Of a stretch of 64,000 nt of DNA, positions 20,110 through 30,425 are shown piece after piece. The stretch comes from Nitrospinales bacterium. Its GTDB lineage: Bacteria; Nitrospinota_A; UBA7883; JACRGQ01. Each line of letters opens with the position of its first letter. Within the stretch, counting starts at the first letter, position 1. The stretch spans positions 6,560 through 70,559 of the forward strand of contig JAHFEK010000005.1 in assembly GCA_023248495.1 (NCBI GenBank), read 5' to 3'. The notes under the pieces are model-generated. The model did not search any database. It worked only from the letters and a program-made list of their open reading frames with translations, and was not told the origin of the DNA. The position numbers were made by a program, and so were the translations under genes.

Positions 20110-22554
20110 ATGGACGCATTAATGGGTATAGCGATCCGTCTTTTTCCCACCGCTGAAATCCTCTTTGGGCTGATGGCCGGGATACTTGCCTATCGCTTTT
20201 GCGGACTTTCCGCCTTCGCGATGCTCGTGCTCACCGCGGCATCGCTTCTCCTCATCCGTGTATCAAGAATGCCGTTACGCGGCAGGATCCTTTTGCCGCT
20301 GTTCGCCGCCGCTGGATTTTGGGGGATGTGGCACGCCGCCGCGGCATTCGACGAGTCCGCGCATATAGCAAATAGTGTACCGGTAAACGGGGAATTAACC
20401 GGCCGGGTAACGGGAGGTTTCGAGTATTACCCCTCAGGATCTCATTTTATCCTTGATGCCGAAACGCTGGATGGCCTCCCCGTGCACGGAGGCGTGCAGG
20501 TGTCATTGCGAAACGTTGAGGGGAATGCGCCGCTGCCGGGGGATGTTATCCGCATAGCCGGGGCGCGGCTGAAGCCGGTTACCGGCATGCGCAATATTGG
20601 CGGATACGATTACGCGGCGCACATGAGGGACGCCGGCGTGGGCGCGCGGCTTTCAGCGAAGGGAGATGCGGTAACCGTCGTTGAACGGGGCGCCGGTTGG
20701 CGGCCCGGCAACATTGGCGAGCGCTTGCGGCGCGGGATGAATGTCTTCATCGCCCAATATTATTCGGCGGATCGCGCCCCGGCCGTGGCCGCCATGAGCA
20801 TCGGCATTACCGGCGCCCTTTCACGGCAGGAGAAGCGTAACTACGCCATGGCCGGCATCGCCCACCTGTTCGCCGTTTCGGGGCTGCATGTCGGCTTTAT
20901 CAGCGGCATTGCGTTCTTCATTTTCAACTTCCTGTTTTTCAATTTTTGCTGGCTGGTCAACCGGGCGTGGGCGGAAGAAGGGTTTCACCGGCGCGGGGCC
21001 GCGCTGGCAGCGCTTATCGCGGTGGGCCTGTTCGTCTTCACCGCCGGGGCAAAGGTATCCGCCGTGCGCGCCGGTATCATGGCAGCCGCCTATTTCACCG
21101 CTATCGCCGTCCGGCGGGACAACCAGATGCTCAACGCCCTCGCCATCGCCGCTCTTCTGACGCTGTTGTATGATCCGGCGGCGCTTTTCAGCATATCGTT
21201 TATCCTTTCATACGGGGCGGTGCTGACCATAATCATCGTGACAATGCGCAAAAAAGGGGAAGGGCCCGATCCACTGGAAAAACTCGCGCCGGAAAAAACC
21301 TGGCTGCGCAAACGGGCGGACGAACTTTGGTTGACGGTGCAAATCAGCGCGGCCATCACGGTGGCGCTGGCGCCGGTGATGATGGCGGTATTCAACGAGC
21401 TGTATGGGGCGGGGATGGTCGCGAACATCGCCGCCATTCCGCTGGGGGCCGTGGCGGTGCCGTCGGTGTTCGCCGCCGCGCTCACCGGTTATTTTTTTCC
21501 CGCGCTCGCGCCCGCCGCCGCGTGGATTTCATCGTTGCCGTATGCCACGCTGGATGGCATGGCCGCATTTTTCGCAGCGCATCCCCTGCTCTCGTTCTCC
21601 GGCCCCGCCCCCGCGCCATGGCTCATCGCCCTTTTTTACGTGGCGCTCGCCCTTTTGGCATTTTACCGGGGACGCCTGGCGTATTTGCTTTCGGCCGCCT
21701 GTATCGTGGCGGTCATCCTGTTTTATTGGCCCGTGGAAAGAACCCATGGCGAGTTCCGCTTTATCGACGTGGATCAGGGAGATGCAACCCTCATTTTATT
21801 TAGGGGCGGAGCGAACGTACTGGTGGACGGCGGCCCGGCCTTTGGGAATTTCGACGCGGGCGAGTTGGCGGTAATCCCCGAACTGCGGCGGCTCGGCATC
21901 CGAAAGCTGGATGCGGTGATTGCCACCCACGGCGATATGGATCATGTGGGGGGCCTTTTCGCCCTGCTGCGCCGCTTCCCGGTGACGGCCTATTACGACA
22001 ACGGCGGAGACGAGAAGATGCTGCCGGCATTGCGGGCCGTGGCGGTGGAACATGCAACGCGCGTGGTACGGCTCATGGCGGGGGATCGCATTGCCTTCGG
22101 CGACGAAATCATCGACGTGCTGTCGCCCACGCCGGAGTTTTTCGCGGCGGTGCCGGAAAGCAATAACAATAACCGCTCACTGGTGCTAATGGTGACGGCC
22201 GAAGGAACAAGGTTGCTGCTTCCCGGTGACGCCGAGAAACCGGTGGAAGAGGAACTTTTGGCGCGCCATTCGCCGGTGAACGCAAACCTTTTGCATGTGG
22301 CGCATCACGGCAGCCGCAGCTCCACCACGCCGGACTTTTTATTAGCGGTGGGGCCGAGGCTGGCGGTGATCAGCGCGGGGGCGATGAACCACTACCATTT
22401 TCCGGCCCGCGCCACGCTCGAAACGCTGGCGAGTGGAAATACCACGGTGCTCCGCACCGATCTCGTGGGGGAAATCGTGCTCCGTTCCGCTCGGGGAGGA
22501 TTTCTCCTGACAACATGGGCCGATCCGGTGGAACGCTTTTTCCCGGCCGAGTGA
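20110..22554 (+). CDS. comEC: DNA uptake channel ComEC/Rec2
   Basis: GIAHLFAVSGLHVG competence motif, many TM segments, C-terminal metallo-beta-lactamase domain (DVDQGD, THGDMDHVGG, HHGSRSS). Confidence 0.93.
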   Translation: MDALMGIAIRLFPTAEILFGLMAGILAYRFCGLSAFAMLVLTAASLLLIRVSRMPLRGRILLPLFAAAGFWGMWHAAAAFDESAHIANSVPVNGELTGRVTGGFEYYPSGSHFILDAETLDGLPVHGGVQVSLRNVEGNAPLPGDVIRIAGARLKPVTGMRNIGGYDYAAHMRDAGVGARLSAKGDAVTVVERGAGWRPGNIGERLRRGMNVFIAQYYSADRAPAVAAMSIGITGALSRQEKRNYAMAGIAHLFAVSGLHVGFISGIAFFIFNFLFFNFCWLVNRAWAEEGFHRRGAALAALIAVGLFVFTAGAKVSAVRAGIMAAAYFTAIAVRRDNQMLNALAIAALLTLLYDPAALFSISFILSYGAVLTIIIVTMRKKGEGPDPLEKLAPEKTWLRKRADELWLTVQISAAITVALAPVMMAVFNELYGAGMVANIAAIPLGAVAVPSVFAAALTGYFFPALAPAAAWISSLPYATLDGMAAFFAAHPLLSFSGPAPAPWLIALFYVALALLAFYRGRLAYLLSAACIVAVILFYWPVERTHGEFRFIDVDQGDATLILFRGGANVLVDGGPAFGNFDAGELAVIPELRRLGIRKLDAVIATHGDMDHVGGLFALLRRFPVTAYYDNGGDEKMLPALRAVAVEHATRVVRLMAGDRIAFGDEIIDVLSPTPEFFAAVPESNNNNRSLVLMVTAEGTRLLLPGDAEKPVEEELLARHSPVNANLLHVAHHGSRSSTTPDFLLAVGPRLAVISAGAMNHYHFPARATLETLASGNTTVLRTDLVGEIVLRSARGGFLLTTWADPVERFFPAE

Positions 22555-22624
22555 GCAGATGTTCCGCCATGACAGGGCGGTCACCTAGGATTTTCACCAT
22601 AGTTCTTCCCTTTGGGCAAACCGG

Positions 22625-22633
22625 TGCTATAAT
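22625..22633 (+). promoter_or_regulatory. Extended -10 promoter element for tRNA-Val
   Basis: TGCTATAAT 12 nt upstream of the tRNA. Confidence 0.55.
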
Positions 22634-22645
22634 CCTTCACCGGTG

Positions 22646-22721
22646 GGGCGAATAGCTCAGTTGGTAGAGCGCCAGCTTTACACGCTGGATGCCACAGGTT
22701 CGAGCCCTGTTTCGCCCACCA
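22646..22721 (+). tRNA. tRNA-Val(TAC)
   Basis: GGGCGAATAGCTCAGTTGGTAGAGC CCAGC TT-TAC-AC GCTGG, GGTTCGAGCCC, TTCGCCC-A-CCA. Confidence 0.96.
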
Positions 22722-22769
22722 TTTTTTGCGGTGATTTGAGATGAAGACGTAAGGGAGTAAACCGGGGAT

Positions 22770-23618
22770 ATGGTGAAACAGCCTAAACCTTCCCGACCTA
22801 CCCACCGCCAAAAAACGTATTCAAAAAAGTTTAATCTTTTGCGGCCCGGCACAGGCATCCGCTTCATTCCACCGGAACACTGGGGGCGATCCAGAAAGAG
22901 CATGGGCGGACCATTGCGGCTGGCGATGCTCATGCTGCTGTTGGGGATAACCGCCGAGCTTTATCTCAATCTCCCGGCGCCCCCTCCGGTGCGGCGCGCG
23001 GCTCCCGTTCGCATCACACCTCCGCCGCGCATCATGCAGGAAGAAACGGTAATGGCGAATGCCGTGCCGGCCATCGTCGGGGTGACGCCGGCGCAACCGG
23101 CGCCCACGCCGGCAAATCCGGTTGCTCCGCCGGAAACAGCGGGAACCTCCGCAATTAAACAGGCGGCCTCCACTCGAACGGGGCCACGCATCCGGTTCGG
23201 CATTTTTCTTTCGCGTGAAAACGCCGAACGTCATGTGCAATCATTGGCGAATAAAGGGGTGGTCGCCGCCGCCGAGACGGCATTGCGCCCTCTATCCTCT
23301 TTCACGCTTAAGGCTGGCCCGGCAAACAACGCCGCCAACTGGAAAGATATAAAATCCGCCGGGGCAAAATTAAAGGTTGCGCCGATGGTGGAAGTTGACG
23401 GAAAATATGTAGTTGTAGGGCCCATTTGGTTGAAAGACCGCGCCTTGGTGGCGGAGAATAGTTTTAGGGCCGCCGGTGTCCGTACGGAGATAGTGGAAGA
23501 GCACAAGGATCGCGAAGTATTTAAGGTTCTTTCCGCTCAGTTTGAAACGGTGGAGGCGGCCAAGCGGGCGATTGGGGAAATGCAAGCCAACGGCATTGAG
23601 GGTGTAATCGATGAGTGA
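22770..23618 (+). CDS. SPOR-domain membrane-anchored protein
   Basis: One TM helix, Pro/Ala-rich linker, [19 protein letters not shown]-like repeats. Confidence 0.65.
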   Translation: MVKQPKPSRPTHRQKTYSKKFNLLRPGTGIRFIPPEHWGRSRKSMGGPLRLAMLMLLLGITAELYLNLPAPPPVRRAAPVRITPPPRIMQEETVMANAVPAIVGVTPAQPAPTPANPVAPPETAGTSAIKQAASTRTGPRIRFGIFLSRENAERHVQSLANKGVVAAAETALRPLSSFTLKAGPANNAANWKDIKSAGAKLKVAPMVEVDGKYVVVGPIWLKDRALVAENSFRAAGVRTEIVEEHKDREVFKVLSAQFETVEAAKRAIGEMQANGIEGVIDE

Positions 23619-23982
23619 AACCGCCGAAGGGAAAAATCCGCAACTGGCGCTCAATCTGCCGGATAAGATGTTCTACAAGATAAGCGATGTCGCCTCCTTG
23701 GCCGGTATCGAAACCCATGTGCTCAGGTATTGGGAAACCGAGTTTCCCGAGTTGACCCCGCGCAAAAGCCAAAGCGGACGCCGCCTCTACAGCCGGCAGG
23801 ACATCGAACTGGTGCTGGAAATTAAATCGTTGCTGTACGACGAGGGATTTTCCATCGCCGGAGCGAAAAAGCGGCTGCAAAAAAGAAAGAAGACCGCCAG
23901 CGAGCAGGATGCCATCATCGAGGCGGTGCGCCAAACTAAAAAAGGGCTGGCGGACATTCTAAGCATCCTCAACGCCGGTTGA
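23611..23982 (+). CDS. MerR-family transcriptional regulator
   Basis: [40 protein letters not shown]. Confidence 0.92.
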   Translation: MSETAEGKNPQLALNLPDKMFYKISDVASLAGIETHVLRYWETEFPELTPRKSQSGRRLYSRQDIELVLEIKSLLYDEGFSIAGAKKRLQKRKKTASEQDAIIEAVRQTKKGLADILSILNAG

Positions 23983-24013
23983 CACCCAGTTCTTCCCGCC
24001 CTTGCCTATTTTT

Positions 24014-24079
24014 GTCATGCTGAGCGGAACGAAGAATCCCTTTCCGGAAAGAGATCCTTCGCCGGTGGCTCAGGATGAC
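24014..24079. repeat. 66-nt GTCAT...ATGAC palindromic element (REP/REPIN-like)
   Basis: GTCATGCTGAGC..CGAAGAATCCCTTTCC/GGAAAGAGATCCTTCG..GCTCAGGATGAC folds over most of its length; lies between convergent genes. Confidence 0.7.
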
Positions 24080-24112
24080 CATCTGCCCCGCTTAATTGGG
24101 TGGATAAAGCCG

Positions 24113-25009
24113 CTACTTCTTGAAGCCCACGGCGAAGAGATTGCCGGCGGGGAGAGGAATCGGGATATGGCCGATACCTGTTGCCTTCAACAACGCGATC
24201 AGTTGCGCCTTGGCGGGCAGCGGCAGCAGCTTTATCCAGTAGTGCGCCGGGTAGGTGTTGACCACCGCGCGCACGTCGATCTCTTTGAATCCCGCCCCTT
24301 CCAGCAAACGGGCGACGCCGCGCGGCGAAAAAAGCTGGAGGTGCTCGATATCGAAAATGGGGGATTTCATGCCCAGCAGTTTCGCGGAAAACGCGCGGTG
24401 GTTGTGGCTGGCGATGGCAAAGGCGCCGCCCGGCTTTAACAAGCGGAATGCCGCGTCGCAGACGGCGGCGGGATCCGTCAGGTGTTCCACCGTTTGAAAA
24501 CAGGTAACGAGCGAAAAACTTCCCGGTTGAAAGGCCGATTCATAAAAAATTCCTTTGTGGATGAGCGGGCGAATGTTCTCCTTCGCCGCTTGTATCGGCG
24601 CGTCCGATGGCTCCACCCCGGCCACCCCGGTAAAACCGTTTTCAAGGAGCCGTTCTAAAAACGCGCCATCGCCCGTGCCGATATCCAACGCGCCCGCCCG
24701 GTCCGGCAGCCGGCGCGCCGCGCGCAATACATGCGCGATGTACGTGTCCGCCGCATGCGCGGCCTCTTCGCCGCTGTCGAATGCGGCCGATTCGTAGGCG
24801 TCGGCAAGCGCGCCAGCCTCCGGGACGGGGGTGGCGTAGAGCAGGTCGCAGGCATCGCAGCGGACAAGCCGCAGATGCATCTGCTCGGGTGTTTTGCGCG
24901 AAGCGTAGGCGAAGGCATCAAGCTTGGCGGCGTCGTAATTCGCCTCGGCAAAAAGGTTTGCCGTGCAGTCGGCGCCGCATACGGGACAGTGCCTCTCGCG
25001 CATTTGCAC
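24113..25009 (-). CDS. Class I SAM-dependent methyltransferase with N-terminal Cys pairs
   Basis: CPVC...CDAC, LDIGTGDG, VEHL.DP, LKPGG. Confidence 0.88.
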   Translation of the reverse strand: MQMRERHCPVCGADCTANLFAEANYDAAKLDAFAYASRKTPEQMHLRLVRCDACDLLYATPVPEAGALADAYESAAFDSGEEAAHAADTYIAHVLRAARRLPDRAGALDIGTGDGAFLERLLENGFTGVAGVEPSDAPIQAAKENIRPLIHKGIFYESAFQPGSFSLVTCFQTVEHLTDPAAVCDAAFRLLKPGGAFAIASHNHRAFSAKLLGMKSPIFDIEHLQLFSPRGVARLLEGAGFKEIDVRAVVNTYPAHYWIKLLPLPAKAQLIALLKATGIGHIPIPLPAGNLFAVGFKK

Positions 25010-25014
25010 AGATG

Positions 25015-26991
25015 CTACTCCCGGCCCCGGGCCTGCGTTTCAGAGGCTTGGCGCACCTCGCCGTTCATCACGATGTTCCGCCGGATGAAGCGGGGCCGCT
25101 GCTTTACCTCTTCGAATATTTTGGCGATGTATTCACCCAAAATACTGAGAGCGAGGAGGTTTATCGAACCAAAAAAAACCACCGTTAAAATCATGGTGGT
25201 GGCGCCCTTGGGGGCGATATCGGGAAAAATCAGTTTAAGCGCCACTTCCACAATAGCGAGCAGAACGGATACGCCGAAAAGCGCCCAGCCGAAAAAGCTT
25301 AGCATGTTCAACGGCGTGTTGCTGAAGGAGAGTATCCCTTTTTTGGCCCAATCGATATTCTTAAGCAGGCTGTTGGTGGAAATGCCGAACATCCTCTCCG
25401 GGCGGACGTATGGGATGCCGGTCTGGCGGAACCCGGCGTAGGCCCGTATGCCGCGCATGAAGGCGTCGCGTTCGGGAAAACGGACAAGCGCCTTGACCAC
25501 CTTTTTATCCAGCAGCGAAAAATCCCCCGCGTCGTGCGGGATGTTCAGGTACGAGAACCAATCGAACACACGATAGAAGAGCTTGTAGGCGAACTGCATG
25601 TAAAGCGGCGCTTCGCGCTTCACCCGCACGCCGTACACCACCTCATACCCCTCTTTCCACTTTCCCATGAACTGCTCGATGATTTCGGGCGGATCCTGCA
25701 GATCGCCGTCCATCAGCACACAGCCGTTTTTCGTGGCGATTTCCATGCCGCTGCGGAAGGCCGCCTGCGAACCGAAATTGCGGGAATGGGTGATGCCGAT
25801 GACGTGCCGGTCACGCGCGCTGATGGCGCGGATGACCTCTTCGCTGTTATCGGGGCTGTTATCGTTGACGAAGATAATTTCATAATCGACATTGAGGGAT
25901 GTGAACACCTTCACCAGCCGTTCGTACATAATGGGGATCGCCTGGCCGTCCTTGTAACAGGCGACGATGGCGGAAATACTGTAAACGGTATCCACTCCCT
26001 GCTGCTTGGACGAGCGGCGGTACTTTTCAGGATCTTTAAGCCCCTTGTACCATGCCACGGTTTTCAGCAGGCCGTCGCGCAGGTTGGTGCTGGCGGCCCA
26101 CCCGATCAGCCGTTTGGCCTTGGCCGGATCGGCGTACCATTCCTGAACGTCCCACGCGCGGTTTTGCATTTCAAATTTCGGCTTTTCGGCGATGCCAAAA
26201 AGGTCGTGCGCCTCCGCGGCCAAATCGGAGATTTTTGTCCTCACGCCGCCGCCGATGTTAAACGACTCGCCCCAATTTTCCTCCCGCAAATTAAGCGCCG
26301 CGCTGATGAACGCTTCGCAGGCATCGTCAACATATACAAAATCGCGCGATATCTCGGGGTTGACCAGCGGCGGATATTTTCCCGCCAGCCCTTGGGCGAT
26401 CAATGACGGGATGAGCCGCGCGGCGTCTTCGTAAGGGCCGTAGATGGAATAGAGCCGCAAATTGGCGCAGGGGAAACGGAGTTTTTTGCCGTAGTAGTGC
26501 AACATTCCCGCCACCGCCATCTTGCTTACGGCATAGTGGCTGTTCGGCGCCAACTGCGCGTCTTCGGCCGGGCCGGAGGCGTTATCACCGTATTCTGACG
26601 AACTTCCCGCGTGTATGTAGCGCACCGCGCCGTGTTTCCGCAGCTCTTCCAGCAGCTTTACGGTGTAATTGACGTTGGTGCGGTAAATGAGGTCGAAATC
26701 GGTTTCGAATGAATAGGCGCCGTACGCCACGCAATCGAATACGGTGCGGGGGCGCACGGTCTCGACGAGTGTTTTTATATTGGTATCGACCAGCAGATCA
26801 GTGACGAGCACATTCTGCTCCGGCACCCCCTCCAACCGCCACGCCCACTGTTGTGTTTTGGTGCCGTGCACGTCGGCGCGAACCTCCAGCAGTATTCGAA
26901 AAAGATTCGCCCCCACGAAACCGCTGGCCCCCAGAACGAGTACCGGTCCCTGCAACCGTTCAATTTTGGCCTTCAGCTCCGGATTCATCAT
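25015..26991 (-). CDS. Fusion of NAD-dependent epimerase/dehydratase and GT2 polyprenyl-phosphate glycosyltransferase (GtrB/ArnC-like)
   Basis: N-half: GASGFVG, YAVSK, RDFVYVDD; C-half: FVNDNSPD, SRNFGSQ, MDGDLQDPPE, AGDFSLLD, two C-terminal TM helices, GEYIAKI. Confidence 0.9.
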   Translation of the reverse strand: MMNPELKAKIERLQGPVLVLGASGFVGANLFRILLEVRADVHGTKTQQWAWRLEGVPEQNVLVTDLLVDTNIKTLVETVRPRTVFDCVAYGAYSFETDFDLIYRTNVNYTVKLLEELRKHGAVRYIHAGSSSEYGDNASGPAEDAQLAPNSHYAVSKMAVAGMLHYYGKKLRFPCANLRLYSIYGPYEDAARLIPSLIAQGLAGKYPPLVNPEISRDFVYVDDACEAFISAALNLREENWGESFNIGGGVRTKISDLAAEAHDLFGIAEKPKFEMQNRAWDVQEWYADPAKAKRLIGWAASTNLRDGLLKTVAWYKGLKDPEKYRRSSKQQGVDTVYSISAIVACYKDGQAIPIMYERLVKVFTSLNVDYEIIFVNDNSPDNSEEVIRAISARDRHVIGITHSRNFGSQAAFRSGMEIATKNGCVLMDGDLQDPPEIIEQFMGKWKEGYEVVYGVRVKREAPLYMQFAYKLFYRVFDWFSYLNIPHDAGDFSLLDKKVVKALVRFPERDAFMRGIRAYAGFRQTGIPYVRPERMFGISTNSLLKNIDWAKKGILSFSNTPLNMLSFFGWALFGVSVLLAIVEVALKLIFPDIAPKGATTMILTVVFFGSINLLALSILGEYIAKIFEEVKQRPRFIRRNIVMNGEVRQASETQARGRE

Positions 26992-27896
26992 GCTTGCATT
27001 ATGACGCCGAGAACGGCATCCGCGTCAATCCCGCATTCCTTGCGGTGGAATTGTTGCGAGCCGAGCCGGCCTGAAAGATACCCTTTCGCGTGGAAGTGGC
27101 CGAACCGGGGGGGAATGCCCCCCGCCAACGCCAATACGCGGCTCAATGCTTCTCCCAGCCCGCCGTGGGCAACATGTTCTTCCACCACGTGGAGCGCGCC
27201 GCTTTTTTTCACATCGGCCAGAAATGCGGCAGGCGGGGAATTGTGCTCAAGCGGCAGTTCCGTGACCGCCCAGAGCGCGGGGCGCATTTTTCCATCCATG
27301 GCGGCCAGCTTCCCGATAAAACCGCCGGCGATGGGACCGATAGCGGCGATCACCGGGCCGCTGCCCGAAACTATTTTCCTCCATCCGGCGTAGGGGGGCA
27401 AATCGAATCCCGCCGGTTTTTCGCAACGGCCAAGCCGGAGGTAGCCGGGCAACGGCGAATCGGCCATTTTGTCCACTATCGGGGCGACGTCCGGCCCGAA
27501 CGCCGGGACGTAAGCCCGCATGTGCGGCAGGCAAAGCATCGCGCCGTAATCCTCCAGCGCGTGGTGTGTCGCCCCCATCGAGCCGTAGGCGTAGCCCCCG
27601 CCGTTACCGACGATTTTCACGTTGAGCCGGTGGGAGCAGACATCGTTCCGAATCTGTTCAAACGGGCGGGCATAGGCGAATGGCGCGATGCTGTAGATCC
27701 ATGCGGGCAGCCCTTCGCTGGCCATCCCCGCCGCGACCGATACCATGTTCTGTTCCGCCACACCCGCGTTGATGAAAAGTTCCCCCATCGCATCGCGCAG
27801 CGGTTCCAGGGCCATGAAGCCGAGATCGCCGGTGAGAAAGGCGAACCGGCGGCGATGCGAGAGGGCAACCAGCGCCTGACAAACGGCGTTTCTCAT
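26988..27896 (-). CDS. Transketolase-like protein, pyrimidine-binding/C-terminal subunit
   Basis: LTGDLGF, NAGVAEQNM, RPFEQIRND, GATHHALED, YLRLG, VEEH. Confidence 0.9.
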   Translation of the reverse strand: MRNAVCQALVALSHRRRFAFLTGDLGFMALEPLRDAMGELFINAGVAEQNMVSVAAGMASEGLPAWIYSIAPFAYARPFEQIRNDVCSHRLNVKIVGNGGGYAYGSMGATHHALEDYGAMLCLPHMRAYVPAFGPDVAPIVDKMADSPLPGYLRLGRCEKPAGFDLPPYAGWRKIVSGSGPVIAAIGPIAGGFIGKLAAMDGKMRPALWAVTELPLEHNSPPAAFLADVKKSGALHVVEEHVAHGGLGEALSRVLALAGGIPPRFGHFHAKGYLSGRLGSQQFHRKECGIDADAVLGVIMQA

Positions 27897-28681
27897 GCGC
27901 GCTCCACCTCGTCCACCGCCAAACGGTACTGCTCTTTCGTCAGCGGAAGGTAGTGCCATTCCATTTTGTCCTCCATAAAGGAGACGCCGTGCCCCTTCAC
28001 GGTCCGCATGATGATCACTTTCGGCAGGCCGCTTTGTTGCGTCACCGCACGGTGCAACTCACGCGGATCGTGCCCGTCAATGCTCAACACCTCGAAGCCG
28101 AAAGCGCGGAACTTATCGCCGAACGGCTCCATGTTCGCCACTTCGCCCGTACGGCCGAACCCCTGCAAATCGTTGCGGTCTATCAAGAGGGTGACGCGGT
28201 GCAGGTTGTGATGCGCGATGAAAAGAGCCGCCTCCCAGTTGGATCCTTCGTTCCACTCGCCGTCGGACATGAGGCAGTAAACCGGCGCGTTATTCTTTTG
28301 CAGATGGCGCGCCATGCCCACCCCCGCCGCGAGGCCGAGGCCATGCCCCAAGCTGCCGGTGGAAAAGCGGATGCCGGGGTGCCAGCCCCCGACGGGATGG
28401 CCGGGGAGATTCGTGTTGTCCTTATGGAATTGAACGAGGTCGTCATCGGAAAGCTGACCGTCCGCCCAGAGCGTGACATAAAGCGCGCCGGCCGAGTGCC
28501 CCTTGGAAAGAATGAAGAGGTCTTCCTTTTCCATCACCTGCATGTGGAGGAAAAGTATCGCGTCAAGCGACGAAAGGTTCCCGCCGATGTGGCCAATGCC
28601 GCTTTCAAGATGCATTTTTAAAAGGCGCAGCTTAGCTTTCTTCAACACTTCATTGAATGCGGAAAAATCAGGGGTCTTCAC
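27893..28681 (-). CDS. Transketolase-like protein, N-terminal TPP-binding subunit
   Basis: GHIGGNLS, LSKGH, STGSLGHGL, SDGEWNEGSNWEA, TVKGHGVSFME. Confidence 0.92.
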   Translation of the reverse strand: MKTPDFSAFNEVLKKAKLRLLKMHLESGIGHIGGNLSSLDAILFLHMQVMEKEDLFILSKGHSAGALYVTLWADGQLSDDDLVQFHKDNTNLPGHPVGGWHPGIRFSTGSLGHGLGLAAGVGMARHLQKNNAPVYCLMSDGEWNEGSNWEAALFIAHHNLHRVTLLIDRNDLQGFGRTGEVANMEPFGDKFRAFGFEVLSIDGHDPRELHRAVTQQSGLPKVIIMRTVKGHGVSFMEDKMEWHYLPLTKEQYRLAVDEVERA

Positions 28682-28800
28682 AGTGCCGTATTATACCCTC
28701 CGGGGCTGGCCGTGGCTACTTGTTGGAGCGATGCATGGCGGGCTTGGCCAGCCGGAAACCGCCGTGAAACGGGGCGGGAAAAGGCCAAAAGGGATCCTGC

Positions 28801-30285
28801 TTAAAATACCATCGTCACTAAAATCCCAAGCGTGTAAAAATCCTTGTCTTCCGCAATGATGGTGTATTGGTTGGGTAAATCGTTAGTATCATAATTCGTG
28901 GTTTTGTCGTATCGCATATAGAGCGAAACGTCATAAAGGCCAAAACGGCTTTGCGGCTCCACCACGATAAAATCGCGCACCATTTGCAAAGGCGACTCGT
29001 CAAGGTGCGGTGACTTGGGATCTTCGTAACGGCCGATTTGGTATTTGAGCCGCGTCTGGCCGCTGAAGCGATGCATGTGGCTGTAGACCAACGTGCGGCT
29101 GTTGGTTCCCGTGATCCCCCCCATGGAAACACCTTGGTACGCATACCCTTCGTAGGGATATTGACTATGCAGATAAAATCCGTAGCATATCCGCTGATAT
29201 TCCAAGCGGAAAAAGTCATCCTCGAACGCCAACGTCATCCCCGACATGTTTGAAGGCTGGCCGAAGTAGAAAAAAGATTCCCTTTGCACCCCGCTGGGGG
29301 TATCTGTGAAAAACGTGGCCACGTCCCCCGCCGCCTCTTCATCATAAAGGGTAAACGACTTAACCGACGGGAAAAGCATATCGAGCGGAAGCCGGAGCGT
29401 CGCGTCAAATGAAAGAATTCCATCGTTGTTATATTTGCCCGACACATGTTCGCCGAATCCGCTTATCAATTGAAGATACTCGTTCGTTTGGTACTGGGGC
29501 CGGCCAGCGCCCCCATAATGGGTGATCTTTGTGCCGCCCAATTCCAGCCAGCTGGCCGGGGAATAGGTCATGCGCATGGCAAACACATTCGAATTCGACG
29601 GATCCTGCTGCTTGTTCCATAGCAGCCAGCCGTTCATTAATGTGATATCCCATTTCCCCAGAAAATCGAGCGGCTCTTCAGTGGCAAGCTTTATCAGCGG
29701 GTAGGGCTCGGCATTGGTGGAAAGAAGCAAACCGCCGTATTCACCGGATCCCAGGGCAACATTATCTTTTCCGGCCTCGATGGCCCATTTGCCCAAACGA
29801 TATTTTGCGTAGGCGCGGAATATTTGGCTCTGCTTGAGTTGCTCCGTCTCAATTTGTTTGAACTGGTAGTAAAAGGCGAAGCTGTCGCTGTAGGCGGCGT
29901 AGCCGTCCTCAAAAAGAAAAAGATTCGCCCCTTTGTAGTAGACAAGCCCGGACGAACCCGGAATGACCGCTTTTTCCTCATTGCCGGCAAAAAATTTGCC
30001 CGTGATGCTGGAAAGCGGCTTGAGGTTCCACACCCCATCATTACTGACAACGCAACCGGAATCGGCGCTATCAAGCCCGGACTTTTCCAGGCGGTAGCAA
30101 CTGGTGGGGGATACGCCCCAGCCAGAAGTCATCTTATCCGAGACAATGCCAAGAGAGTCGTAAAAGGCCGAATTTTCTGGGTTGATGTTCAAAATATCCG
30201 CCGCTCCGGCGGCGGCAGGGAACAAAAGCGTTGCCAGCGCCACATACAATGCACCCAACCGAGATATCATAGCTGTGAATTCCAT
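28801..30285 (-). CDS. Capsule assembly Wzi-like outer-membrane protein
   Basis: Signal peptide; G..YGGLLLSTNAEPYP and PASWLELG motifs; C-terminal Phe. Confidence 0.65.
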   Translation of the reverse strand: MEFTAMISRLGALYVALATLLFPAAAGAADILNINPENSAFYDSLGIVSDKMTSGWGVSPTSCYRLEKSGLDSADSGCVVSNDGVWNLKPLSSITGKFFAGNEEKAVIPGSSGLVYYKGANLFLFEDGYAAYSDSFAFYYQFKQIETEQLKQSQIFRAYAKYRLGKWAIEAGKDNVALGSGEYGGLLLSTNAEPYPLIKLATEEPLDFLGKWDITLMNGWLLWNKQQDPSNSNVFAMRMTYSPASWLELGGTKITHYGGAGRPQYQTNEYLQLISGFGEHVSGKYNNDGILSFDATLRLPLDMLFPSVKSFTLYDEEAAGDVATFFTDTPSGVQRESFFYFGQPSNMSGMTLAFEDDFFRLEYQRICYGFYLHSQYPYEGYAYQGVSMGGITGTNSRTLVYSHMHRFSGQTRLKYQIGRYEDPKSPHLDESPLQMVRDFIVVEPQSRFGLYDVSLYMRYDKTTNYDTNDLPNQYTIIAEDKDFYTLGILVTMVF

Positions 30286-30425
30286 GCGCCAAAAAGGCCG
30301 TCGTTTAACATTACTTTTCCGTTTGTTTCAAGATGAAACCGGGATATTCATCTTTCCTATTAACGGAGAACTTTACTCCCTTCACAATAGAGCAATCAAT
30401 ACCATATTGTTCTCGGCATAAACGG

